A DNA stretch of 43,278 bases from an uncultured Gemmatimonadaceae bacterium (GTDB taxonomy: Bacteria; Gemmatimonadota; Gemmatimonadetes; Gemmatimonadales; GWC2-71-9), in the NCBI GenBank assembly GCA_964608715.1, contig CAZSPH010000003.1, positions 1 to 43,278 of the forward strand, read 5' to 3'. Below, piece after piece: positions 1-8,685 of the stretch (the stretch's first letter is position 1; each line of letters begins with the position of its first letter). A program made the position numbers and the translations under genes. The notes below the pieces were generated by a model. It made no database searches. It saw only the letters and a list, made by a program, of their open reading frames with translations, and was not told where the DNA came from.

Positions 1-133
1 CCCGATCCGGGCCCGGAAATGAAGATCCATGCCGTACGGGCGCAGCATGCTGCGCTCCAACGATCCTGGGCCCGATCCGGGCCCGGAAATGAAGATCCAT
101 GCCGTACGGGCGCAGCATGCTGCGCCCCAACGG
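1..133. repeat. Tandem direct duplication: two copies of a ~63-bp unit at 70-bp period; may continue upstream of the window edge
   Basis: Bases 1-63 and 71-133 are identical except t56 vs c126. Each copy carries the palindromes ccgggcccgg and ccgtacgg and a GCATGC-centred palindrome. Confidence 0.95.
108..127. repeat. REP-like 20-bp perfect palindrome gggcgcagcatgctgcgccc (one-mismatch twin at 38-57)
   Basis: The sequence is self-complementary by direct reading. It is preceded by gtac, as is the related palindrome at 34394-34413. Confidence 0.9.
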
Positions 134-173
134 CTCGGAGACGTACGATACCACCCTGCATGAAGGAATCAGC

Positions 174-923
174 ATGAAGATCGCAGCATGCATCCGCCGC
201 GTCCCCGACACGACCGCGAGGATCGTAATCGGTGGCAGCGGTACCACGATCGACGAGACCGGGGTGAAGTTCGTCCCGAATCCATATGACGAGTACGCCA
301 TCGAAGCGGCCATCGCGCTCAAGGAAGCAGCCGGTGCCGGCGAGACCGTGGCCATCGCCTTCGGGGGCGATGCGGTGCAGGAGACGCTCCGCACTGCGCT
401 GGCCATGGGAATCGACCGGGCAGTACATCTCCAGGGTGAGCCGTCGACCGATGGTCTGGCCAATGCGCGGGTGCTTGCCGATCATCTCCGCGACGGTGGC
501 TACGACCTCATTCTCTTCGGCAAGCTCGCGGTGGATGACTACGGCCAGCAGACCGGCGCGATGGTGGCGGAGCTGCTCGAACTCCCCTGCGCCACGGCGA
601 TCACATCGCTGGCGGTGGCCGATGGCAGGGCGACCGTGAGTCGCGAGATCGAAGGCGGCACCGAGGCGGCGCAGTGCGCGCTGCCAGCCGTCTTCACCTG
701 CGACAAGGGACTCAACAATCCGCGCCTTCCCGGCCTCAAGGGGATCATGGCAGCCAAGAAGAAGACGATGGATGTAGTTGCCGTGTCGGCCGCTGCCGCG
801 CAGTCGACGGTGGTTTCGCTGGCCCTGCCGGCGGAGCGTCCTGCTGGCCGGATCGTCGGTGAAGGAGCCGCTGCGGTAGCTCCGCTCATCGAACTGCTCA
901 CCTCCGAAGCGAAGGTGCTCTGA
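174..923 (+). CDS. etfB: Electron transfer flavoprotein, beta subunit
   Basis: MKIAACIRRVPDTTARI... is a canonical EtfB N-terminus. GAAGGA lies 6 nt upstream of ATG 174. The track ORF start at 99 lies inside the upstream repeat. The stop is 1 nt before etfA. Confidence 0.93.
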   Translation: MKIAACIRRVPDTTARIVIGGSGTTIDETGVKFVPNPYDEYAIEAAIALKEAAGAGETVAIAFGGDAVQETLRTALAMGIDRAVHLQGEPSTDGLANARVLADHLRDGGYDLILFGKLAVDDYGQQTGAMVAELLELPCATAITSLAVADGRATVSREIEGGTEAAQCALPAVFTCDKGLNNPRLPGLKGIMAAKKKTMDVVAVSAAAAQSTVVSLALPAERPAGRIVGEGAAAVAPLIELLTSEAKVL

Positions 924-924
924 G

Positions 925-1890
925 ATGGCCGCGATTCTCGCAGTTCTCGAACAGCGCGGTGGGGCGCTCAGGAAGGGCGCCGCCGAGCTTCTCGCGGCCG
1001 CGCGTCAGTTGGCTGACGCCACCGGTGGCCGGGTCGATGCGCTGGTGTGCACCGCTGATGATGCTGCAGGTCTCGATGTACTCGGTGCCGCCGGTGCCGA
1101 TGCGGTGAAGGTCGCGAAGCACGCTGACTTCGCACAGTACGGTCCTGAGGGAATGGTTGCGGTGGTCCGTTCCATCGCTGGCGGCTACGGTGCCGTGCTG
1201 GTTGCCGCCACCGCCACCGGCAAGGACCTTGCTCCCCGGCTTGCTGCGGCACTGGGTTCCTCCTGCGCGATGGATGTCACTGCTCTGGCGTCGTCGGGCA
1301 GTTCGATCCGGATCACCCGTCCGGTCTATGCGGGCAAGGCGATCCAGACCGTCGACCTCGCCGGTACTCCGGTGATTGCGGTGCGTCCGGCAGCGTATCC
1401 TGCGATTCAGGCAGGTAAGGCCGGTGCGGTCGAATCGGTCGACGTGCCGGCATTCACGAAGCGCCTGGATGTCACCGGTGTCTCCGCTCCCGACCGTGCT
1501 GCGATCGACATCGCCGAGGCGCGGGTGATAGTTGCCGGTGGACGCGGTCTTGGTGAGCCTTCGAAGTTTGCACTTCTCGAGGAACTCGCTGCCGCATTCG
1601 GGGGTGAGGCGGCCGTGGGCGCATCGCGGGCGGTGGTCGACGCCGGGTGGATCGGTCATGGTGCACAGGTCGGTCAGACCGGCAAGACGGTGGCTCCCGA
1701 GCTCTACTTCGCCATCGGCGTCTCCGGTGCGATCCAGCATCTCGCCGGAATGCGCACCGCGAAGACCATCGTCGCGATCAACCGCGACAAGGACGCCCCG
1801 ATCTTCAAGGTGGCCGACTACGGCATCGTGGGCGATCTGTTCGAGGTAGTTCCCGCGCTCACCGAGGCGGTGAGGAAGGCGCGCTCGTAG
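925..1890 (+). CDS. etfA: Electron transfer flavoprotein, alpha subunit
   Basis: The 321-aa product has the EtfA C-terminal FAD-binding signature ([27 protein letters not shown]) and is tightly coupled to etfB. Confidence 0.95.
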   Translation: MAAILAVLEQRGGALRKGAAELLAAARQLADATGGRVDALVCTADDAAGLDVLGAAGADAVKVAKHADFAQYGPEGMVAVVRSIAGGYGAVLVAATATGKDLAPRLAAALGSSCAMDVTALASSGSSIRITRPVYAGKAIQTVDLAGTPVIAVRPAAYPAIQAGKAGAVESVDVPAFTKRLDVTGVSAPDRAAIDIAEARVIVAGGRGLGEPSKFALLEELAAAFGGEAAVGASRAVVDAGWIGHGAQVGQTGKTVAPELYFAIGVSGAIQHLAGMRTAKTIVAINRDKDAPIFKVADYGIVGDLFEVVPALTEAVRKARS

Positions 1891-1945
1891 CGGCAGGGCC
1901 GGACCGAAGCAATCTCCTGAGAAAAGGGAGATGCAGTACCTTCAA

Positions 1946-1975
1946 GGGCGACCGGTTTTCCGGTCGCCCTTTTCC
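1946..1975 (+). terminator. Rho-independent terminator after etfA
   Basis: gggcgaccgg-tttt-ccggtcgccc forms a 10-bp perfect stem and is followed by ttttccc. Confidence 0.85.
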
Positions 1976-1995
1976 CTTCAACCAGGATCGATCAG

Positions 1996-2436
1996 ATGAC
2001 CGCCAGCAATCCCGCTGCTCCCCCGACCTGGTACCGGGTCGTTGCCATCGTCGCCGCGCTCTGGATGGCCTTCGGACTGTTCGCGCTCTACCAGGACATC
2101 AGCGGCAGCGAGGCGATGCGTTCGCAGATGAGCGAGGCGCAGCTGGAGCTGTACGCCAGCCGCCCCACCTGGATGGTTGGCATCTACGCGGTTGCGGTGG
2201 TCGCCGGTTTCGCTGGCGCGGTTGGGTTGGTGATGCGGCGACTCTGGGCAGTGCCGGCGCTCACCCTCTCGCTGCTGGCCGCCGTGATCCAGTTCGGCTA
2301 CACCTTCACTGCGATGCGAGCGATCCAGTTGCTGGGTCCGGCTCTGGCGTTGCCCTTCCCGATCGTGATCCTGGCCATCGGCGTGGCGCTGGTGCTGGTT
2401 GGCCGGAAGGCGCGGGAGAGCGGTTGGCTGGGGTAG
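1996..2436 (+). CDS. Hypothetical integral membrane protein (about 4 TM helices)
   Basis: The 146-aa ORF has four hydrophobic stretches and high GC3. I recognise no family. Confidence 0.6.
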   Translation: MTASNPAAPPTWYRVVAIVAALWMAFGLFALYQDISGSEAMRSQMSEAQLELYASRPTWMVGIYAVAVVAGFAGAVGLVMRRLWAVPALTLSLLAAVIQFGYTFTAMRAIQLLGPALALPFPIVILAIGVALVLVGRKARESGWLG

Positions 2437-2547
2437 CAGGGCCGGTTGACAGCTCGTCGCCGACGACAATTCGCCGGTCGATGGCGGACTGACGCCGATC
2501 TGAAGCATCGGCAACCGCTGGGGGCTGTCTCCGCTAGATTCCCCCTC

Positions 2548-4056
2548 GTGAACGGGGACCGCCCTCTCGTCGTCGGAACCGGCGTTGCCGGCCTGTGGAC
2601 CGCGTGGCGCCTAGCCGCCGAGGGCCACGCCGTTCTGCTGGTGACCAAGGCCACGCTGCAGGACTCCAATACCGCCTGGGCTCAGGGCGGCATCGCGGTT
2701 GCCCTCGACCCTGGCGACTCACCGGCTCTCCACGCCGCCGATACCATCGCCGCCAGCGACGGTCTCGCCGACCCGCTGGCGGTCGATGTCCTCGTCAACG
2801 AAGGTCCCGCCCGGGTCCGTGAACTCCTCGAACTCGGCGCCCGGTTTGATCGCGGTCCCGATGGCGAACTCCGCTTCGGTCTCGAAGCGGCGCATTCCCG
2901 GGCCAGGATCATTCACGCCGAAGGCGATCGCACCGGTGCGGCTCTGGTGGAAGCCCTCAGCCGGGTGGTGCTGGCCGACAGCCGGATCACCCTGATGGAG
3001 CGCACCCGGGTACGCCGACTGGTGCGCGAGGGCGATACCGTGACCGGCGCGATCCTCCTCGACGACGGCGGTCGTGCCTTTGCCGTCGGTGCTCCCGGAG
3101 TGATTCTGGCGACCGGTGGTGTCGGACAGCTCTTCGAGGTGACCACCAATCCGCCGGTTGCTACCGGCGATGGCTGGGCCCTGGCACATGCCGTCGGTGC
3201 GGAACTCTCCCATCTCGAGTTCCTGCAGTTCCATCCCACCGCGCTCTCGGTACCGGGAGTCAATCCCGCTCCGCTGCTGACCGAGGCACTGCGCGGGGCG
3301 GGAGCTGTTCTCGTCGACGGCAATGGCAACCGCTTCATGCTCGACATCGACGAGCGCGCCGAACTCGCTCCCCGGGATGTGGTGGCCAGGGCGGTGGCAC
3401 AGCGCGCCTTCCGCAAGGATGCCTTTCTCGATGCCCGCCAGATCGATGGAGTGGATCGCGCCTTTCCCGGAGTAAGCGAGCTGATCCGGCCCTTCGGACT
3501 GTCGCTTTCAGCCAGTCTGCTCCCGGTTGCCCCGGCTCTTCACTACGCGATGGGTGGGATCCGTACCGATCTCGATGGTCGCACTACAGTTCCCGGCCTC
3601 TGGGCGGTGGGTGAATGTGCCAATACCGGCGTGCACGGTGCCAACCGCCTGGCCTCCAACTCCCTGCTGGAGGGGCTGGTCTTCGCCGACCGTGCCGGGA
3701 GAGAACTCCATCACGACCTCATCGAGGGACGGGCGGCCTTATCTTTCAGGGGTGAGGCGGTGGCCAGCGACTTCGATTCAGGACTCGACGATGGCACTGC
3801 GGCGCTGGCGCTCCGGGCACGGATGCGATCGATCCTGACCCGTGAGGCTGGAGTCATCCGTACCGAACCGGGACTCGCAGAGGCGGAGCTGGCGCTGGCC
3901 GACCTGCTGGCGAGGACTCCTGCCGGCGCCTGGCACACCGCCGACCAGTTGCGGGTCGCTGCGCTGATCGCGCGGGCGGCCCGGGGAAGGCGCGAATCGC
4001 GGGGTGGTCACCGCCGTGCCGACTTTCCGAACCCGAGGCCTGGAGGGGCCGCATGA
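2548..4056 (+). CDS. nadB: L-aspartate oxidase
   Basis: It has an FAD-binding VVGTGVAGL motif and a C-terminal RESRGGHRRADFP motif. I place the start at GTG 2548; the track start TTG 2446 would add an Arg-rich non-homologous leader. ATGA overlap with nadA. Confidence 0.9.
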   Translation: MNGDRPLVVGTGVAGLWTAWRLAAEGHAVLLVTKATLQDSNTAWAQGGIAVALDPGDSPALHAADTIAASDGLADPLAVDVLVNEGPARVRELLELGARFDRGPDGELRFGLEAAHSRARIIHAEGDRTGAALVEALSRVVLADSRITLMERTRVRRLVREGDTVTGAILLDDGGRAFAVGAPGVILATGGVGQLFEVTTNPPVATGDGWALAHAVGAELSHLEFLQFHPTALSVPGVNPAPLLTEALRGAGAVLVDGNGNRFMLDIDERAELAPRDVVARAVAQRAFRKDAFLDARQIDGVDRAFPGVSELIRPFGLSLSASLLPVAPALHYAMGGIRTDLDGRTTVPGLWAVGECANTGVHGANRLASNSLLEGLVFADRAGRELHHDLIEGRAALSFRGEAVASDFDSGLDDGTAALALRARMRSILTREAGVIRTEPGLAEAELALADLLARTPAGAWHTADQLRVAALIARAARGRRESRGGHRRADFPNPRPGGAA

Positions 4057-5048
4057 CGCTGACACTGCCGGTCATCGAAGCACATCCCTACGACCTCGAC
4101 GAAATCCCGCTGCTTCAGCAGGAGATCCGCGAACTCGCCGCCGAGCGGAACGCCATCATCCTGGCTCACAACTACCAGCGTCCCGAGGTACAGGATGTCG
4201 CCGATGTGGTCGGTGACTCGCTCGGCCTCTCTCGACGGGCCGCCAATGTCGACGAGGATGTGATCGCCTTCTGCGGTGTCCACTTCATGGCGGAGACTGC
4301 CAAGATCCTCTCGCCGGAGAAGACCGTCCTCCTTCCCAACCTGGAGGCCGGTTGCTCGCTCGCCGCCGGAATCACGGCGGAAGAGGTGCGAGGCTGGCGC
4401 CGGGATTTCCCCGATCACATCGCTGTCGGTTACGTCAACACCACGGCAGCGGTGAAGGCGGAACTCGACTACTGCTGCACCTCCGGCAACGTGCTGGACG
4501 TGATCGATGCGATCCCCGAGGACAAGGGAATCCTTTTTCTCCCCGACATGTTCCTGGGCGCTCATGTCCGGCGGATGAGGCCGCATCGCCAGGTCGAGGT
4601 GTGGATGGGCGAGTGTCACGTTCACGCGGGAATCGACGTCGATACCCTGCAGGCTGCGCGCGATGCCCATCCTGGCAGCGAAGTGCTGGTGCATCCCGAG
4701 TGCGGCTGCGCCTCGCGCCTCCTCTACCGGATGGCCGACGGCGATCTCGCCCCGGATGGGATCCACATCGCCTCGACCGAGGGGATGATCAATCTCACCC
4801 GCTCGCTCGATGCCGACACCTTCATCATCGCCACCGAAACCGGGATCATCCATCGGATGCGACAGATGGCGCCGGAGAAGCGGTTCGTCCCGGCCGACCG
4901 CGCCGCAGAGTGCGCCTACATGAAGGTGATCACGCTGCTCGACCTGCGTGATGCCCTCAAGCTGATGCAGCACGAGATCGTCATGGACGACGAGACGATC
5001 GCCCGGGCCCGCCTGCCGATCGAGCGGATGGTGCAGCTTGGCTCATGA
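4053..5048 (+). CDS. nadA: Quinolinate synthase
   Basis: The 331-aa product carries typical NadA blocks (ILAHNYQ, VADVVGDSL, FCGVHFMAETAKIL). Confidence 0.95.
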   Translation: MTLTLPVIEAHPYDLDEIPLLQQEIRELAAERNAIILAHNYQRPEVQDVADVVGDSLGLSRRAANVDEDVIAFCGVHFMAETAKILSPEKTVLLPNLEAGCSLAAGITAEEVRGWRRDFPDHIAVGYVNTTAAVKAELDYCCTSGNVLDVIDAIPEDKGILFLPDMFLGAHVRRMRPHRQVEVWMGECHVHAGIDVDTLQAARDAHPGSEVLVHPECGCASRLLYRMADGDLAPDGIHIASTEGMINLTRSLDADTFIIATETGIIHRMRQMAPEKRFVPADRAAECAYMKVITLLDLRDALKLMQHEIVMDDETIARARLPIERMVQLGS

Positions 5049-5901
5049 CACCGGCGAGTTCATCGCGCTGGCCGCTGACGCCGCCCGGGTGGCGCGTCTC
5101 GCGCTCGCCGAGGACGGCGAACGGGACATCACGTCGGAACTGACCGTCGGGGTGGGCCAGCGGGGAGAGGCGGTTCTGGAGGCTCGCAGCGGGATCGTGA
5201 TGGCCGGAACGATCTACGCCGACGCCGTTCTCGCGGCCTGCGACCTGCCACCCGCCAGGTGGGCGGTCACCGATGGCTCCAGGCTGGGAGCGGGCGCCGT
5301 TGCGGGAACGATCTCCGGCGGTCTGCGGCAGATCCTCCGCGCCGAGCGGCCGATGCTCAACCTCCTGCAGCGGGCCTGCGGGATCGCGACCGTTACCAGG
5401 ACCATGGCCGATGCGCTGGTCGGCACCCACTGCCGGGTGTTGCATACCCGCAAGACGACTCCCGGGCTGCGGCTCTTCGAGGTCGTCGCGGTGATGGCCG
5501 GCGGCGGGCAACTCCATCGCATCGATCTCACCGACACCGTTATGGTGAAGGACAACCACTGGCAGGCACTGAAGGCTGCGGGGCTGTCGCTGCGCGACGC
5601 GCTTGCTGCTGCGGGAACCGAACGGTATGTCGAGGTCGAGACCCTTGATCAGCTCGACGAAGCCTGTGCTGCTGGTGCAACTCGACTGCTGATCGACAAC
5701 CAGACACCGGAGACAGTCCGGGAATGGGCGTCGCGTGCTCGCACCCTGAGGCCCGGTATCGAGGTCGAGGCGACCGGCGGGATCACGCCTGCCAACGCCC
5801 GTGCCTACGCCGATGCCGGTGCCGATTTCGTCTCGGCCGGGTTCCTCACCCACTCGGTGGCAGCGGCTGATCTGGGGCTGGAGATCAGTACTCTCGAATG
5901 A
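5038..5901 (+). CDS. nadC: Nicotinate-nucleotide pyrophosphorylase (carboxylating)
   Basis: It has an LAEDGERDITS N-terminal block, TRKT, VKDNH and a C-terminal EATGGIT. The TTG start overlaps the end of nadA, so start confidence is lower. Confidence 0.88.
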   Translation: MAHDTGEFIALAADAARVARLALAEDGERDITSELTVGVGQRGEAVLEARSGIVMAGTIYADAVLAACDLPPARWAVTDGSRLGAGAVAGTISGGLRQILRAERPMLNLLQRACGIATVTRTMADALVGTHCRVLHTRKTTPGLRLFEVVAVMAGGGQLHRIDLTDTVMVKDNHWQALKAAGLSLRDALAAAGTERYVEVETLDQLDEACAAGATRLLIDNQTPETVREWASRARTLRPGIEVEATGGITPANARAYADAGADFVSAGFLTHSVAAADLGLEISTLE

Positions 5902-5916
5902 CCGGACTCTGCTGAC

Positions 5917-7812
5917 TTGCCGAAGCACTACAGCGCCGGAGGCAGAGCGTCGGGGCCCGCTGCGGGAGGCCCACCGGCAACCAGGTCATGGCGTGAGCGG
6001 CTAGGAGCGCTCCGCAACATCCCGCCGTTCCTGGCGATGATCTGGGAAACATCCCCGTTCTACACCATCGTCACACTGGTGCTGCGCCTGCTCCGCGCAC
6101 TGCTGCCGGTCGCCACTCTTTTCGTCGGCAAGCTGATCATCGACGAAGTGCTCCGGCTGACCGGCGTGCCGGACACTCCAGTGGCCTTCCGCGACTGGAT
6201 GGACAGCGGTCTCCTCGACCGGCTCGCTCTCCTGGTCGGTCTGGAGTTCGGGCTGGCTGTCGTCTCGGATGTACTCGGTCGGGTCGTCTCGATGACCGAT
6301 TCGCTGCTGTCCGAAAAGTTCACCAACGCCACCAGCGTGCGCCTGATGGAGCACGCCGCGATGCTCGACCTCGAGGACTTCGAGGACAGCGAGATGCAGG
6401 ACCGGCTGGAGCGGGCGCGTCGCCAGACCACCGGTCGCATGGCGCTGATGAGCCAGCTCTTCGGCCAGGCGCAGGATGTGATCACCATCGCATCGTTCGC
6501 GGCCGGGCTGATGATCTATGCGCCGTGGCTGATCCTGCTCCTCGGTCTGGCACTCGTTCCCGCATTCCTGGGCGAGGCGCATTTCAACGCCCAGAGCTAC
6601 TCGCTGGCGTATGCCCGTACCCCCGAGCGCCGCGAACTCGACTACGTCCGCCAGACCGCGGCCAGTGTCGAGAGTGCCAAGGAAGTGAAGATCTTCGGGC
6701 TGAGCGGCTTCCTGATCGAGCGATACCGCCGCCTGTCGATGGACCTGTTCCAGGCCAACCGGGCGCTGGCGGTCCGCCGCGCCACCTGGGGCGGCGTCCT
6801 CACCACGCTCGGCACGCTGGGCTACTACGTCGCCTATGCCTGGCTGGCCTGGAGCACGCTGCGAGGCCAGTTCACGATCGGTGATCTCACCTTCCTGGCG
6901 GGCTCGTTCCGCCGGCTGCGGAATCTGCTGGAGAATCTGCTGATCGGTTTCTCCCAGATGGCGGGGCAGGCGCTCTATCTCGACGACCTCTTCTCCTTCT
7001 TCGAAGTGAAGCCGGAGATCCACTCTCCTGAGAATCCCAGGCCGTTCCCGAGTCCGGTGGCGCGAGGCTTCGAGTTCGTGGATGTCGGCTTCCGCTACCC
7101 CGGCGCGGAGAAGTGGGCGGTGCGACATCTCACGTTCACGCTGCGTGCGGGTGAGGTACTCGCACTGGTCGGTGAGAACGGTGCGGGGAAGACCACGCTG
7201 GTCAAGCTGCTGGCGCGTCTGTACGATCCCGACGAAGGCCGTATCCTGCTCGATGGCCACGATCTCCGCGAGTACGACCTCGGCGAACTCAGGGCCAACA
7301 TGGGAGTGATCTTCCAGGACTTCGTCCGGTATCACCTGACTGCCGGTGAGAACATCGCGGTCGGACGGATCGAGGCCAGGGATGATGCGGAACGTATCAG
7401 AGGAGCGGCTGCCCGGAGCCTCGCCGATGAGGTGATCGAGCGCCTTCCCGGCGGCTATGACCAGATGATCGGCAAGCGCTTCAAGGGCGGGGTCGATCTC
7501 TCGGGCGGCGAATGGCAGAAGGTCGCGATCGCGCGGGCCTACATGCGCGACGCTCCGGTGCTGATTCTCGACGAACCGACCGCGGCGCTGGATGCCCGGT
7601 CAGAGTTCGGCGTCTTCCAGCGCTTCAAGGAATTGAGCACCGACAAGACTGCGGTGCTGATCTCCCATCGCTTCTCCAGCGTCAGAATGGCCGACCGGAT
7701 CCTGGTGCTTGCCGGGGGAGAGGTGGAGGCGGTCGGAACGCACGAGGAACTGCTGGCGCAGCGCGGCCGCTACGCCGAGCTGTTCGAACTGCAGGCGGCG
7801 GGGTATCGGTAG
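5917..7812 (+). CDS. ABC transporter, fused permease/ATPase (exporter type)
   Basis: The N-terminal half has 6 TM helices. The ATPase half has Walker A GENGAGKTT, signature LSGGEWQK and Walker B VLILDEPT. The TTG start is uncertain. Confidence 0.88.
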   Translation: MPKHYSAGGRASGPAAGGPPATRSWRERLGALRNIPPFLAMIWETSPFYTIVTLVLRLLRALLPVATLFVGKLIIDEVLRLTGVPDTPVAFRDWMDSGLLDRLALLVGLEFGLAVVSDVLGRVVSMTDSLLSEKFTNATSVRLMEHAAMLDLEDFEDSEMQDRLERARRQTTGRMALMSQLFGQAQDVITIASFAAGLMIYAPWLILLLGLALVPAFLGEAHFNAQSYSLAYARTPERRELDYVRQTAASVESAKEVKIFGLSGFLIERYRRLSMDLFQANRALAVRRATWGGVLTTLGTLGYYVAYAWLAWSTLRGQFTIGDLTFLAGSFRRLRNLLENLLIGFSQMAGQALYLDDLFSFFEVKPEIHSPENPRPFPSPVARGFEFVDVGFRYPGAEKWAVRHLTFTLRAGEVLALVGENGAGKTTLVKLLARLYDPDEGRILLDGHDLREYDLGELRANMGVIFQDFVRYHLTAGENIAVGRIEARDDAERIRGAAARSLADEVIERLPGGYDQMIGKRFKGGVDLSGGEWQKVAIARAYMRDAPVLILDEPTAALDARSEFGVFQRFKELSTDKTAVLISHRFSSVRMADRILVLAGGEVEAVGTHEELLAQRGRYAELFELQAAGYR

Positions 7813-7833
7813 GTATGTCGTTCTACCTGGGCC

Positions 7834-7944
7834 TCATCCCAATCCCACCATCGGAGCCACCAGCCTCAGCGTCCCCCAGATGATGAACAGGCCCAGGATG
7901 TCGAAGATGATTCCGGTGCCACCGCTCGAACTCCGCTTCCGCAT
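7834..7944 (-). CDS. Candidate small membrane protein (36 aa; 44 aa if started at ATG 7968)
   Basis: The product is MRKRSSSGGTGIIFDILGLFIIWGTLRLVAPMVGLG. AGGAGG lies 9 nt upstream of ATG 7944. About 30 of 36 codons end in G/C. It has a basic N-terminus and one TM helix, and is below the ORF-track length cutoff. Confidence 0.45.
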   Translation of the reverse strand: MRKRSSSGGTGIIFDILGLFIIWGTLRLVAPMVGLG

Positions 7945-7992
7945 CGGAGATCGCCTCCTGTGGTTCATGTCTGCCGGGCTCGATCGCCGAGG

Positions 7993-8610
7993 TCATGGAA
8001 TCCCCTCCAGCTCCACTTCACCTCTGGTTGCATCGGCGAGAGCTGCTGCCAGTGACTCGCGCTGTGAGGCGGGAACCCGCACGGTGTAGTTCACCAGTTC
8101 ACCGTAGTCTTCGTGATCGATGACCGCTTCGTGGCCCGACAGCAGTCGCTGAATCGCGCTGATGTGCTGGTAGCCAGCCGTCATCGAAAAGGTGACCCAG
8201 TCGATCCGCTCGATGGTGGGCAGGGTCGCGAGTGCCTCCTCGACGCTGCCACCATAGGCTCGTGCCAGCCCGCCGGTGCCGAGCTTCACGCCACCGTACC
8301 AGCGGGTGACCACCGCCACGATCTCTCCCACACCTGAATGCAGCAGGACGTTGAGCATCGGTCGTCCTGCGGTGCCATGGGGCTCACCGTCGTCGCTCAT
8401 GCCGATATGGGTGGTCGTACCTGGCGGTCCCGCAACCCAGGCGTTGCAGTGATGCGTGGCATCAGGCCACTCCGCCTCCACCGATCGAATGAATGCGTGT
8501 GCCGCCTCGGCGTCGGGTGCATGCGCCAGCTTGCAGGTGAAGCGGCTTCGCTCGATCACCTGTGTTGCAGCATGAACCTGGGCCGGAATACGATAGCGGG
8601 ACATCGGCAT
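7993..8610 (-). CDS. yigZ: YigZ / IMPACT-family protein (UPF0029)
   Basis: It has an IERSRF...HHCNAW...DDGEPHGTAGRPML core followed by a C-terminal DUF1949-like domain. Confidence 0.85.
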   Translation of the reverse strand: MPMSRYRIPAQVHAATQVIERSRFTCKLAHAPDAEAAHAFIRSVEAEWPDATHHCNAWVAGPPGTTTHIGMSDDGEPHGTAGRPMLNVLLHSGVGEIVAVVTRWYGGVKLGTGGLARAYGGSVEEALATLPTIERIDWVTFSMTAGYQHISAIQRLLSGHEAVIDHEDYGELVNYTVRVPASQRESLAAALADATRGEVELEGIP

Positions 8611-8685
8611 GAATCTAGTCTGTCTGCGCCGGCTGATCCGCTATATTCCGGGGTTGGACCAACACCGAATCAGGAGTACCTGCAC

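Noticed and set aside
99-173. The track ORF extends etfB 25 codons upstream (MPYGRSMLRPNGSETYDTTLHEGIS).
   Set aside because: The extension is encoded by the tandem repeat and palindrome. Canonical EtfB proteins begin MKI..., and ATG 174 has an SD-like GAAGGA.
2437-2547. I looked for an NAD+ (nadA-motif) riboswitch and for a sigma70 promoter upstream of nadB. A TTGACA is present at 2445-2450.
   Set aside because: I could not find the conserved bulged-stem sequences I associate with the nadA motif, and no acceptable -10 lies 16-19 nt after the TTGACA. A cmscan would be needed to say more.
6001-7335. Long antisense ORFs opposite real genes. Examples are 6001-7335 (444 aa), 24861-26414 (517 aa), 32687-34207 (506 aa), 41272-42570 (432 aa) and 13147-14865 (572 aa), plus many 60-200 aa ORFs.
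   Set aside because: They lie opposite or out of frame with genes that have unmistakable family motifs. Their products are Arg/Pro/Gly-rich low-complexity sequence, and stop-codon scarcity in GC-rich DNA produces such shadow ORFs.
8338-8685. A 116-codon N-terminal extension of the ETF-QO ORF.
   Set aside because: It runs antisense through the yigZ coding region and has no homology to ETF-QO. GTG 8686 with AGGAG gives the normal length and an N-terminal FAD motif spacing.
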